This document shows, one piece after another, positions 15,750 to 23,201 of a stretch of 26,196 nucleotides of DNA; within the stretch, counting starts at the first letter, position 1, and every line of letters starts with the position of its first letter. The translations under genes and the position numbers were made by a program. Under the pieces are notes generated by a model. That model saw only the letters and a program-made list of their open reading frames with translations, made no database searches and was not told where the DNA came from. This stretch comes from a virus (Duplodnaviria; Caudoviricetes): positions 1-26,196 of the IMG/VR virus record IMGVR_UViG_3300017914_000261, one strand, 5' to 3'.

Positions 15750-15991
15750 GGTGTATAGCTTGTGATAAGATAATGACAAACTACGAGCTAACCAAGAAGT
15801 TCAGCGGAAGCGGGGAGTTCGTTGATATGTGCAATGAGTGTAGTAGATTCCTTGCCGAAGATGACTTGACAGTATTCGGTAATGTAGACTATGCTGACAT
15901 ATACGATCTAGAGGAGATAAAAGATGTCGAAGATGGGCCAATGGATTATTACACAGGAGCAGAACAAGGAGATGATGGAGAGTGGTCATGA
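15746..15991 (+). CDS. Small zinc-finger protein with acidic tail
   Basis: MRCIAC...DMCNEC; ATGA coupling to the helicase. Confidence 0.75.
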   Translation: MRCIACDKIMTNYELTKKFSGSGEFVDMCNECSRFLAEDDLTVFGNVDYADIYDLEEIKDVEDGPMDYYTGAEQGDDGEWS

Positions 15992-16133
15992 ACTTTCAAA
16001 CAGACAACAGCTTGATCTCGCCTACTACGAATACTGTGTTCTTAGACATAGAGGCAGACGGCCTGAACCCTACGAAAATACATTGCGTGGTTACCAAGAG
16101 ATCGAACGAAGCTCACTTGACCCACTTATCTAG
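15924..16133 (+). CDS. Hypothetical protein overlapping Zn-finger gene and polA start
   Basis: GAGGAG RBS 8 nt before ATG; 69 aa; entirely overlapped by its neighbours. Confidence 0.45.
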   Translation: MSKMGQWIITQEQNKEMMESGHELSNRQQLDLAYYEYCVLRHRGRRPEPYENTLRGYQEIERSSLDPLI

Positions 16134-17670
16134 AAGGAGTTTGATGGATGAACTTGCGCGTGGTGGTAAAATATGCGGACACAATCTTATTGGCTACGAT
16201 GTTCCTGTGCTTAACAGGTTATGGGGCACACGTATTCCAGAACACAGAGTACTTGATACACTCGTACTTTCTCGTCTTTTTCATGCCGATCTGGATGGTG
16301 GTCACAGCCTTGCTGCTTGGGGAACTAGGCTCGGCTTTCCTAAGGGTGATCATTCGGAGTGGGAAGTTTTCTCCCCCGAAATGGTGGAGTACTGTAAAAG
16401 AGACGTTGACGTAACAGAGAAGCTACACAATGCACTGATGCAACAGATGCAGATGTTTGGGTTTACTCAGCACTGCGTTGACTTGGAGCATAGCGTTGCG
16501 TTTATCTGCAAGGATCAAGAAGACAACGGCTTTGAGTTTGATAGAGAGGGGGCAGTAAAGCTATACGAGGAACTTACTACTCGTATGCATAGGATTGAGA
16601 AAGACTTGCAACAGGTGTTCCCGCCTATCGTAGAGGAAAGGTACAGTGACAAGACAGGTAAGAAACTCAAGGACAAAGTTACGGTATTCAATGTCGGCAG
16701 TAGACAACAGATTGCAGAGCGGCTTGCTGGCAAGGGCGCTGTGTGGGAGGAACTCACTCCCGCAGGAAAACCGAAGGTCGATGAGGCTACACTCAAGAAG
16801 CAGACTCACATTCCCGAAGCAAAGATTATTCTCCGTTACCTTCTCTGCCAGAAGCGCGCCTCTCATGTTGACTCGTGGATTAAGGCAGTGGGCGAAGGTA
16901 GCAGGATACATGGGAGAGTCAGACACATCGGCGCTGTCACCGGACGGATGGCACACTCCTCTCCGAACATGGCTCAGATACCTGCTGTAAGGGCTGAGTA
17001 TGGGAAGCAGTGTCGTGAGTTGTTTACCACACCTGAGGGCCGTGTTCTGGTTGGTGCTGATGCCAGTGGTCTTGAGCTACGTATGCTTGCACATTACATG
17101 GATGATGAATCCTACACCAACGAGATACTATCGGGTGACATACATACAGCTAACCAGACAGCCGCAGGACTAGAGACAAGGGATCAAGCCAAGACATTTA
17201 TCTATGCTTTCTTGTACGGTGCAGGTGACGCCAAGATCGGCAGTGTTGTGGGTGGCAGTGCTGCTCACGGCAAGAGACTCAAGGCTGCATTCCTAGAGAA
17301 CACACCTGCGCTGGCAAAGCTACGTTCAGAGGTTATGAATGAAGCTGACTCTGGTTTTCTTACTGGTCTTGACGGCAGACTAATACGTGTACGATCACAA
17401 CACGCCGCACTGAATACACTGCTACAAGGTGCCGGTGCTGTAGTTATGAAGCAGGCTATCGTTATCCTGTATGACTTGCTGGCTCGTGTTGACTTCAAGC
17501 TGGTGGCACAGGTACACGATGAGTGGCAGATAGAATGCAAACCGGAAGATGCAGACTTCATTGGCAAGTCGTGCGTCAACGCAATGATATTCGCAGGGGA
17601 AACCTTGCAACTGAACTGTCCGCTGGACGGAGAGTACAGGGTTGGTAATAGTTGGGCAGATACCCACTAG
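15982..17670 (+). CDS. polA: DNA polymerase family A with 3'-5' exonuclease domain (start may be 15988)
   Basis: Exo I FLDIEADG, Exo II GHNLIGYD, Exo III YCKRDV; motif A DASGLELR, motif B RDQAKTFIYAFLYG, motif C VHDE. Confidence 0.96.
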   Translation: MVMNFQTDNSLISPTTNTVFLDIEADGLNPTKIHCVVTKRSNEAHLTHLSRRSLMDELARGGKICGHNLIGYDVPVLNRLWGTRIPEHRVLDTLVLSRLFHADLDGGHSLAAWGTRLGFPKGDHSEWEVFSPEMVEYCKRDVDVTEKLHNALMQQMQMFGFTQHCVDLEHSVAFICKDQEDNGFEFDREGAVKLYEELTTRMHRIEKDLQQVFPPIVEERYSDKTGKKLKDKVTVFNVGSRQQIAERLAGKGAVWEELTPAGKPKVDEATLKKQTHIPEAKIILRYLLCQKRASHVDSWIKAVGEGSRIHGRVRHIGAVTGRMAHSSPNMAQIPAVRAEYGKQCRELFTTPEGRVLVGADASGLELRMLAHYMDDESYTNEILSGDIHTANQTAAGLETRDQAKTFIYAFLYGAGDAKIGSVVGGSAAHGKRLKAAFLENTPALAKLRSEVMNEADSGFLTGLDGRLIRVRSQHAALNTLLQGAGAVVMKQAIVILYDLLARVDFKLVAQVHDEWQIECKPEDADFIGKSCVNAMIFAGETLQLNCPLDGEYRVGNSWADTH

Positions 17671-17696
17671 CGCAATCTTGTTTTACGTGGTATAAT
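17666..17696 (+). promoter_or_regulatory. Putative middle promoter M2 with non-canonical -35
   Basis: ACTAGCGCAAT-N10-GTGGTATAAT; twin of 13691-13721; upstream of the SSB RBS. Confidence 0.7.
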
Positions 17697-17732
17697 ATTA
17701 TGGTAAGTTTAACTAGCAGGAGAAATGCTACT

Positions 17733-18179
17733 ATGTCTAACGAAGCACCTAATGTAATGGTAAAGTGTGACCTGTTCTGGCCTAACCTGACTCACAAGAA
17801 TGAGTTAGCTGGTAAGTACACGGTTGATCTTGCCAATCTATCTGACGCTGCTATCACTGCGTTGGAAGACATGGGTATCAACATCAACAACAAAGGAGAT
17901 GATCGTGGCTCCTACATCACCTGTAAGTCAAACAACAAGTACCGAGCCTTCAACCCAGACGGTTCCGAGTTGCTCATCAAAGGACGCACACCGCGTGACG
18001 AGATGGACGACCCAGAATCAGGAGTCGTTGTGGGTAATGGTTCCAAGGCTAAGTGTCTCATCGGATACTACGATTGGGAATACCTCAAGAAGAAAGGTCG
18101 TAGTGCCACGCTTAAGCGCCTTGTGATTGACGAGGTACTAGAGTACGCACCTGAAGTCGAAGAGATGGAAGCTCTGTGA
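17733..18179 (+). CDS. Single-stranded DNA-binding protein (T7 gp2.5-like)
   Basis: Start reassigned to ATG 17733 after AGGAG; KYTVDL and VGNGS motifs, acidic C-terminus, located between polA and the exonuclease. Confidence 0.75.
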   Translation: MSNEAPNVMVKCDLFWPNLTHKNELAGKYTVDLANLSDAAITALEDMGININNKGDDRGSYITCKSNNKYRAFNPDGSELLIKGRTPRDEMDDPESGVVVGNGSKAKCLIGYYDWEYLKKKGRSATLKRLVIDEVLEYAPEVEEMEAL

Positions 18180-18868
18180 TACTGATTGACGGTGATATGC
18201 TGGTGTACCGTGTGGGGTTTGCTTGCGACGAAGAAAGTGCTGACGTTGCAACGCAGACCCTAGACAACTACCTGTCCGAAATGGTCATGGACTTGTCTGA
18301 TCACTACACATCCAGCATTGTGTACCTAACGGGTAAGGGTAACTTCAGGGACGAGGTTGCCACTACCCAACCCTACAAAGGTAATCGTGACAACAAGCGA
18401 GTACCAGTACACAAGAACCTTCTACGTGACTACATGGTTTCTGAGTGGAACGCACAGGTTGTCAACGGTATGGAAGCTGATGATGCTATTGCAATCAAGG
18501 CAACTGAGTTAGACCACAAGGCAATCATCTGTTCGTTGGATAAAGACTTCAAGCAGGTTCCTTGTCCTATGTATGATTACACTAAGAAAAACTTAAATGC
18601 ATTTAAGGAAGATGAAGCCATGCGCTGGTTGTATAAACAGGCGCTGATGGGTGACCGTGTTGACAACATACCCGGAATACATGGCATTGGTCCTAAGAAA
18701 GCAGACAAGATCATTGACCCGTGTACAACAGAGTGGGAGTGTTACAGTACTTGTCTTACTCACTATTGGGATAACGAGCTTGACGAAGACAGACTGCTAG
18801 AAAGTCTACAGCTTCTGTATCTGTTACGTTCACCTGATGATAAGTACGAGAAGCCATCGGAGATTTAG
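18176..18868 (+). CDS. 5'-3' exonuclease (T7 gp6/flap endonuclease-like)
   Basis: LIDGD, NFR...YKGNR, EADD, S-x-DKD and GD-x-x-DNIPG-x-x-GIGPKKA. Confidence 0.93.
   Translation: MILIDGDMLVYRVGFACDEESADVATQTLDNYLSEMVMDLSDHYTSSIVYLTGKGNFRDEVATTQPYKGNRDNKRVPVHKNLLRDYMVSEWNAQVVNGMEADDAIAIKATELDHKAIICSLDKDFKQVPCPMYDYTKKNLNAFKEDEAMRWLYKQALMGDRVDNIPGIHGIGPKKADKIIDPCTTEWECYSTCLTHYWDNELDEDRLLESLQLLYLLRSPDDKYEKPSEI
18592..18607. promoter_or_regulatory. Palindrome CTTAAATGCATTTAAG copy 4 (intragenic)
   Basis: Exact copy inside the exonuclease CDS (encodes N-L-N-A-F-K), with the same AAAA 5' flank as copies 1 and 2. Confidence 0.8.
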
Positions 18869-18870
18869 CA

Positions 18871-19347
18871 GTGCAAACAATCATCCCAACAAAAAAACAG
18901 AAAGACAAAGCCCGTGAACTTGCTAAAGAGATGGGGCACATACGCAATAGTATAACTAAAGGAGAAGGAAACTTTGCAGGATTCTTAGCAGAAGTTGTCG
19001 TTGCTGATATGTTAGGTGTTAAACGTTCTCCAACAAAAGACTATGATCTTACTCTTGATGATGGAAGAACAGTAGATGTGAAAACGAAACGCACCACTGT
19101 TGCCCCTAAGCCCTACTATGATTGCAGTATAGCCGCAACATCTACTCATCAAGACTGTGATATGTACATTTTTACACGCTACATAGAAGGGGGTGCGTTG
19201 TATGTGCTGGGAGATTGCAGCAAAGATGACTACTTTAATCGTGCTAGGTTATTAAAAAGAGGGGACAAAGATGGAGACAACGGCTTTGTGGTTAAAGCTG
19301 ATTGTTACAACTTACCTATATCAGAACTAACCAACCTAGTTGTATGA
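18871..19347 (+). CDS. Putative PD-(D/E)xK-fold nuclease-like protein
   Basis: G-x-LAE...DYDL...VDVKT pattern; 158 aa. Confidence 0.55.
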   Translation: MQTIIPTKKQKDKARELAKEMGHIRNSITKGEGNFAGFLAEVVVADMLGVKRSPTKDYDLTLDDGRTVDVKTKRTTVAPKPYYDCSIAATSTHQDCDMYIFTRYIEGGALYVLGDCSKDDYFNRARLLKRGDKDGDNGFVVKADCYNLPISELTNLVV

Positions 19348-19724
19348 AGAAATATGATTCCAAGTTTGAGAAAGAAGCTCATGACATCATGCAAGGCTGC
19401 GAGTACCACCCTGATAAGCCTTTATTTTATCTTGTACCTAAACGCTATGAACCAGACTTTGTTTACAAGCATAGGACTAAAACTATTTACATAGAGGCCA
19501 AGGGTCGATTCAGAACATCTGAGGAGGCACGCAAGTATGTCATCATCGCAGAGACACTCAGCCCAAAGGAGGAGTTGGTATTTCTCTTCCAAAGACCAAG
19601 CACACCAATGCCGGGATCCAGAAGAAGAAAAGATGGTACACGCTACACAATGGAAGAATGGGCAGAGAAGCATGGATTCCGTTGGTACACTCTTGACACA
19701 ATACCTACAGGATGGCGACGATGA
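19344..19724 (+). CDS. Endonuclease I (T7 gp3-like junction resolvase)
   Basis: Start reassigned to 19344 (ATGA coupling); YDSKFE, YEPDF, IEAKGRF and WAEKHGF. Confidence 0.88.
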   Translation: MKKYDSKFEKEAHDIMQGCEYHPDKPLFYLVPKRYEPDFVYKHRTKTIYIEAKGRFRTSEEARKYVIIAETLSPKEELVFLFQRPSTPMPGSRRRKDGTRYTMEEWAEKHGFRWYTLDTIPTGWRR

Positions 19725-20485
19725 GACATCTAGTAATTCCTGATACACAGATCAAACCTAATAATCCTATTGACCATATGGTATGGGCAGGCCGTTATGC
19801 TTGTGCCACTAAACCTAACACAATTATTCATCTGGGGGACCATTGGGACATGCCATCGTTGTCATCGTATGACGTAGGCAAGAAGTCGTTTGAAGGTCGG
19901 CGCTACTCTGCTGATGTAGAGGCAGGCAATGAAGCCATGCAGGTTTTCATGGACTGCATCAGGGCAGAGCAGACCCGCCTGCGTCGAAGAAAGAAGAAGG
20001 TGTGGAAGCCCCGACTTATCTTTACCTTAGGTAATCATGAACACAGGATTGAACGTGCTGTAGAGAACGATGCTAAACTAGAAGGACTCATGAGTTATGA
20101 GGATCTCAATCTCAGAGGCTGGGAGGTTTATCCGTTTCTTCAGCCGGTTATTGTGGACGGTGTTGCTTATTGCCACTTTTTCACTAGCGGTGTCATGGGC
20201 AGGCCAGTCACTAATGCAAAGCTACTGCTCCAAAAGAAACATATGTCATGCGTCATGGGCCATGTCCAAGACAGAGACATTGCCTTTGACAGAAACGCAG
20301 CAGGAAAGCGAATGACATCTTTGTTTGCTGGTATTTATTATCAGCATGATGAGGAGTATCTTAATCCACAGACCAACGGTTCATGGTCAGGTCTTTGGAT
20401 GTTGAACGAAGTAGATAACGGCACGTTTGATGAGATGCCCGTGTCTATGACATACCTGCGGGGGAAGTACGGTGCTAACTCTTGA
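19721..20485 (+). CDS. Calcineurin-like metallophosphoesterase
   Basis: IPD-x-Q, LGDHWD, GNHE and GH-x-Q motifs; start likely ATG 19721. Confidence 0.85.
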   Translation: MRHLVIPDTQIKPNNPIDHMVWAGRYACATKPNTIIHLGDHWDMPSLSSYDVGKKSFEGRRYSADVEAGNEAMQVFMDCIRAEQTRLRRRKKKVWKPRLIFTLGNHEHRIERAVENDAKLEGLMSYEDLNLRGWEVYPFLQPVIVDGVAYCHFFTSGVMGRPVTNAKLLLQKKHMSCVMGHVQDRDIAFDRNAAGKRMTSLFAGIYYQHDEEYLNPQTNGSWSGLWMLNEVDNGTFDEMPVSMTYLRGKYGANS

Positions 20486-20636
20486 CGAAATAATGGATCG
20501 CATAGCTCGACGTTACGATGAGATAACAATCATGGAGGCGTTAGAGATTACGTCAGAGGAGTTAGTTGAACGGTTCGCTGACAAGGTGAACAACAATAGT
20601 TGGAAGTTTGATCTAGAGGAAGAAGATGTCTATTAA
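20472..20636 (+). CDS. Small acidic hypothetical protein (54 aa)
   Basis: Not in ORF track. GTG start; MLTLDEIMDRIARRYDEITIMEALEITSEELVERFADKVNNNSWKFDLEEEDVY; fills the operon gap. Confidence 0.7.
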   Translation: MLTLDEIMDRIARRYDEITIMEALEITSEELVERFADKVNNNSWKFDLEEEDVY

Positions 20637-20916
20637 CGAAGCTAAGCCTGAAGATTGGGACAAGGCCAGCAAAACAGCTTACGGTAAGCTGATGCATCCC
20701 AACGACACAGCAATCAAACGTCAGGTAGGTGGTAATCATTACAACAGGTATGAGATACAACCTATTGACTTCATCATTGCTAACAATTTGGATTGGTGTG
20801 AAGCCAATGCAGTAAAATATATAACACGTTGGAAAGACAAAAATGGAGTAGAGGATTTGCGTAAAGCTATTCACTATCTTGAGATGTTGATACAACGAGA
20901 AATACAATGCAACTAG
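20626..20916 (+). CDS. DUF3310 family protein (related to T7 gp1.7 nucleotide kinase)
   Basis: QVGGNHY, QPIDFI, NAVKY-x-x-R-x-x-x-K-x-G-x-EDLRKA-x-x-YL. Confidence 0.85.
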   Translation: MSINEAKPEDWDKASKTAYGKLMHPNDTAIKRQVGGNHYNRYEIQPIDFIIANNLDWCEANAVKYITRWKDKNGVEDLRKAIHYLEMLIQREIQCN

Positions 20917-21158
20917 TCGAAGGTAACTTCAAAAAAGATATACCTGCTAATGAGTTTCTTGCTTCTTGTTCGTTAAGGGCACAGAATCAAATAGAAGAGG
21001 GTAGAAACCCTAAGGTTGTTGTGGTATTCTTTGAGAACGGATACCCACTAGAAGTAACATCGTCAGAGCAGTACCCTGATGGAGTGTTTATGACACTTCA
21101 CTTAGCAGCGGCGGCGATAATTAATGAAACACTAGGAATAACAGGAGAACCAGAATAA
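20907..21158 (+). CDS. Hypothetical protein
   Basis: 83 aa, abuts the RNR start. Confidence 0.65.
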   Translation: MQLVEGNFKKDIPANEFLASCSLRAQNQIEEGRNPKVVVVFFENGYPLEVTSSEQYPDGVFMTLHLAAAAIINETLGITGEPE

Positions 21159-23027
21159 ATGGATGCATACCAACAATACATACACAAGTCACGGTACGCT
21201 AGGTACTTGCCTGAGGAGAAGCGTAGGGAGACTTGGGAAGAAACAGTAGCAAGGTACGTCAATTACTTTGCAAATAAGTTTGACATCGAAGAGTCTTATG
21301 ATGAAATACTTACAGCCATTGACAACCTAGATGTAATGCCCAGCATGAGGGCACTAATGACTGCAGGTGAGGCGCTGGAGCGTGACAACGTAGCAGGGTT
21401 TAACTGTAGTTATCTTCCTATTGATCATCCCAAAGCGTTCGATGAGATGATGTACGTTCTGATGTGCGGCACTGGAGTAGGCTTCAGCGTTGAGCGCCAG
21501 TATATTTCTAAACTACCAGAAGTAGCGGAGACATTCCATGCAACCGACACAGTTATTAACGTGGCAGATTCGAAGATCGGATGGGCGAAATCGTTTAGGG
21601 AGTTGGTATCATTGTTGTATTCGGGTCAGATTCCCGAATGGGATGTTAGCAGAGTACGACCTTCAGGTGCCCCGCTCAAAGTTTTCGGAGGTAGAGCAAG
21701 CGGTCCAGAGCCTTTGCTTGAACTGTTTCGATTCACAGTTGACCTCTTTAAAGCTGCGGCTGGCCGAAGACTTAGCTCCGTTGAGTGCCACGATCTTTGC
21801 TGCAAGATTGCTCAAATCGTCGTCGTTGGGGGAGTTAGACGCAGCGCCCTCATCAGCCTCAGTAACCTCACCGATGACCGCATCCGACGATGTAAGCATG
21901 GACAATGGTGGCAAGACAATCCACAGCGCGGACTAGCTAACAACTCTGCGTGTTACACAGAGAAGCCTGACTTTGAGGCTTTCTTGAATGAATGGACAAG
22001 TTTGTATGAATCAAGATCAGGAGAACGAGGTGTCTTTTCTAGAGTGGCTAGTCAACAGCAAGCTGCAAGAAACGAGCGACGAGATGCTACCTACGATTTT
22101 GGGACTAATCCATGTAGTGAAATCATCCTCCGACCCTATCAGTTCTGTAATCTATCAGAAGTTGTTGTCAGGCCGACCGATAGTCTCGCGGACCTCAAAC
22201 GAAAAGTACGGGTTGCGTCTATCCTTGGAACTCTACAAGCTACGTTGACTGACTTCCGTTACCTGCGTAACATCTGGAAGACAAACACAGAGGAAGAAGC
22301 ACTACTAGGTGTATCACTTACAGGTATCATGGATCATCCTTTGTTATCTGGCAGAGGTGACAAAGCCAAGCTGAAGAAGTGGCTAACGGAGATGCGTAAT
22401 GAAGCTATCGAAACTAACAAAGCGTGGGCTGAAAGATTGGGTATCAATGTATCTGCCGCTATCACTGCGGTTAAGCCTTCAGGCACTGTTAGTCAGTTGG
22501 TCGATTCTGCTAGTGGCATTCACCCTCGCTACAGCAGTCAATATGTTAGACGAGTCCGTGCTGACGCTCGTGACCCACTTTGCTCCGTCTTAGAGGCTGC
22601 TGGTGTCCCTGTAGAGGACGATCTCATGTCACCTAGTACACGGGTATTCAGCTTCCCTATCGCGTCTCCTGAGGGCGCTGTGACAGCCTCAGAAATGGGT
22701 GCTATGGAGCAGCTAGAGTTATGGGAAATATATCAGGACTACTGGTGTGAGCATAAGCCATCTATGACTTGCTATTACAGGGACGATGAGTTCCTTGAGG
22801 TGGGGCAGTGGTTGTACAACAAGTTCGACAAGGTGTCAGGTATCAGCTTCTTACCGTACTCAGACCATACGTACCAACAGGCACCGTATGAACCTGTAGA
22901 TAAGAAAACGTACAACCAGCTAGTAAAAGGATTCCCCACTGAGATTGATTGGGACATCAATGAGGAATCCGATATGACTGAAGGTAGTCAACAACTAGCT
23001 TGCACAGGTAATAACTGCGAACTATGA
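21159..23027 (+). CDS. nrdJ: Class II (adenosylcobalamin-dependent) ribonucleotide reductase
   Basis: PSMR, FNC, G-x-GVGFS, VVGGVRRSA, GTNPCSEI, FCNL, VKPSGTVSQL and C-terminal C-x-x-x-x-C; no beta-subunit gene nearby. Confidence 0.9.
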   Translation: MDAYQQYIHKSRYARYLPEEKRRETWEETVARYVNYFANKFDIEESYDEILTAIDNLDVMPSMRALMTAGEALERDNVAGFNCSYLPIDHPKAFDEMMYVLMCGTGVGFSVERQYISKLPEVAETFHATDTVINVADSKIGWAKSFRELVSLLYSGQIPEWDVSRVRPSGAPLKVFGGRASGPEPLLELFRFTVDLFKAAAGRRLSSVECHDLCCKIAQIVVVGGVRRSALISLSNLTDDRIRRCKHGQWWQDNPQRGLANNSACYTEKPDFEAFLNEWTSLYESRSGERGVFSRVASQQQAARNERRDATYDFGTNPCSEIILRPYQFCNLSEVVVRPTDSLADLKRKVRVASILGTLQATLTDFRYLRNIWKTNTEEEALLGVSLTGIMDHPLLSGRGDKAKLKKWLTEMRNEAIETNKAWAERLGINVSAAITAVKPSGTVSQLVDSASGIHPRYSSQYVRRVRADARDPLCSVLEAAGVPVEDDLMSPSTRVFSFPIASPEGAVTASEMGAMEQLELWEIYQDYWCEHKPSMTCYYRDDEFLEVGQWLYNKFDKVSGISFLPYSDHTYQQAPYEPVDKKTYNQLVKGFPTEIDWDINEESDMTEGSQQLACTGNNCEL

Positions 23028-23201
23028 CATGAAGATTACTGAATAACCTTCTGACTTACCTACGTCCTCTGCCTTATCTTTAGGGTCATGGGGCGTAGGT
23101 ATTCCTTTCTTTTGCATCTTCTTGATGAGGTCCTTAGATTTCTGACACATACTGTGATAGTCGATAGATGTATAAGATACTGTGTGTTTGTCATCAGTCA
23201 T
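23022..23201 (-). CDS. Hypothetical protein, last gene of the structural arm
   Basis: ATG 23201 after AAGGA; 59 aa; its stop overlaps the RNR end. Confidence 0.6.
   Translation of the reverse strand: MTDDKHTVSYTSIDYHSMCQKSKDLIKKMQKKGIPTPHDPKDKAEDVGKSEGYSVIFMS

Noticed and set aside
10092-18607. Palindrome copies as a CRISPR array or att sites
   Set aside because: Copies are 1-6 kb apart with no spacer structure, and no cas or recombinase gene is in the window.
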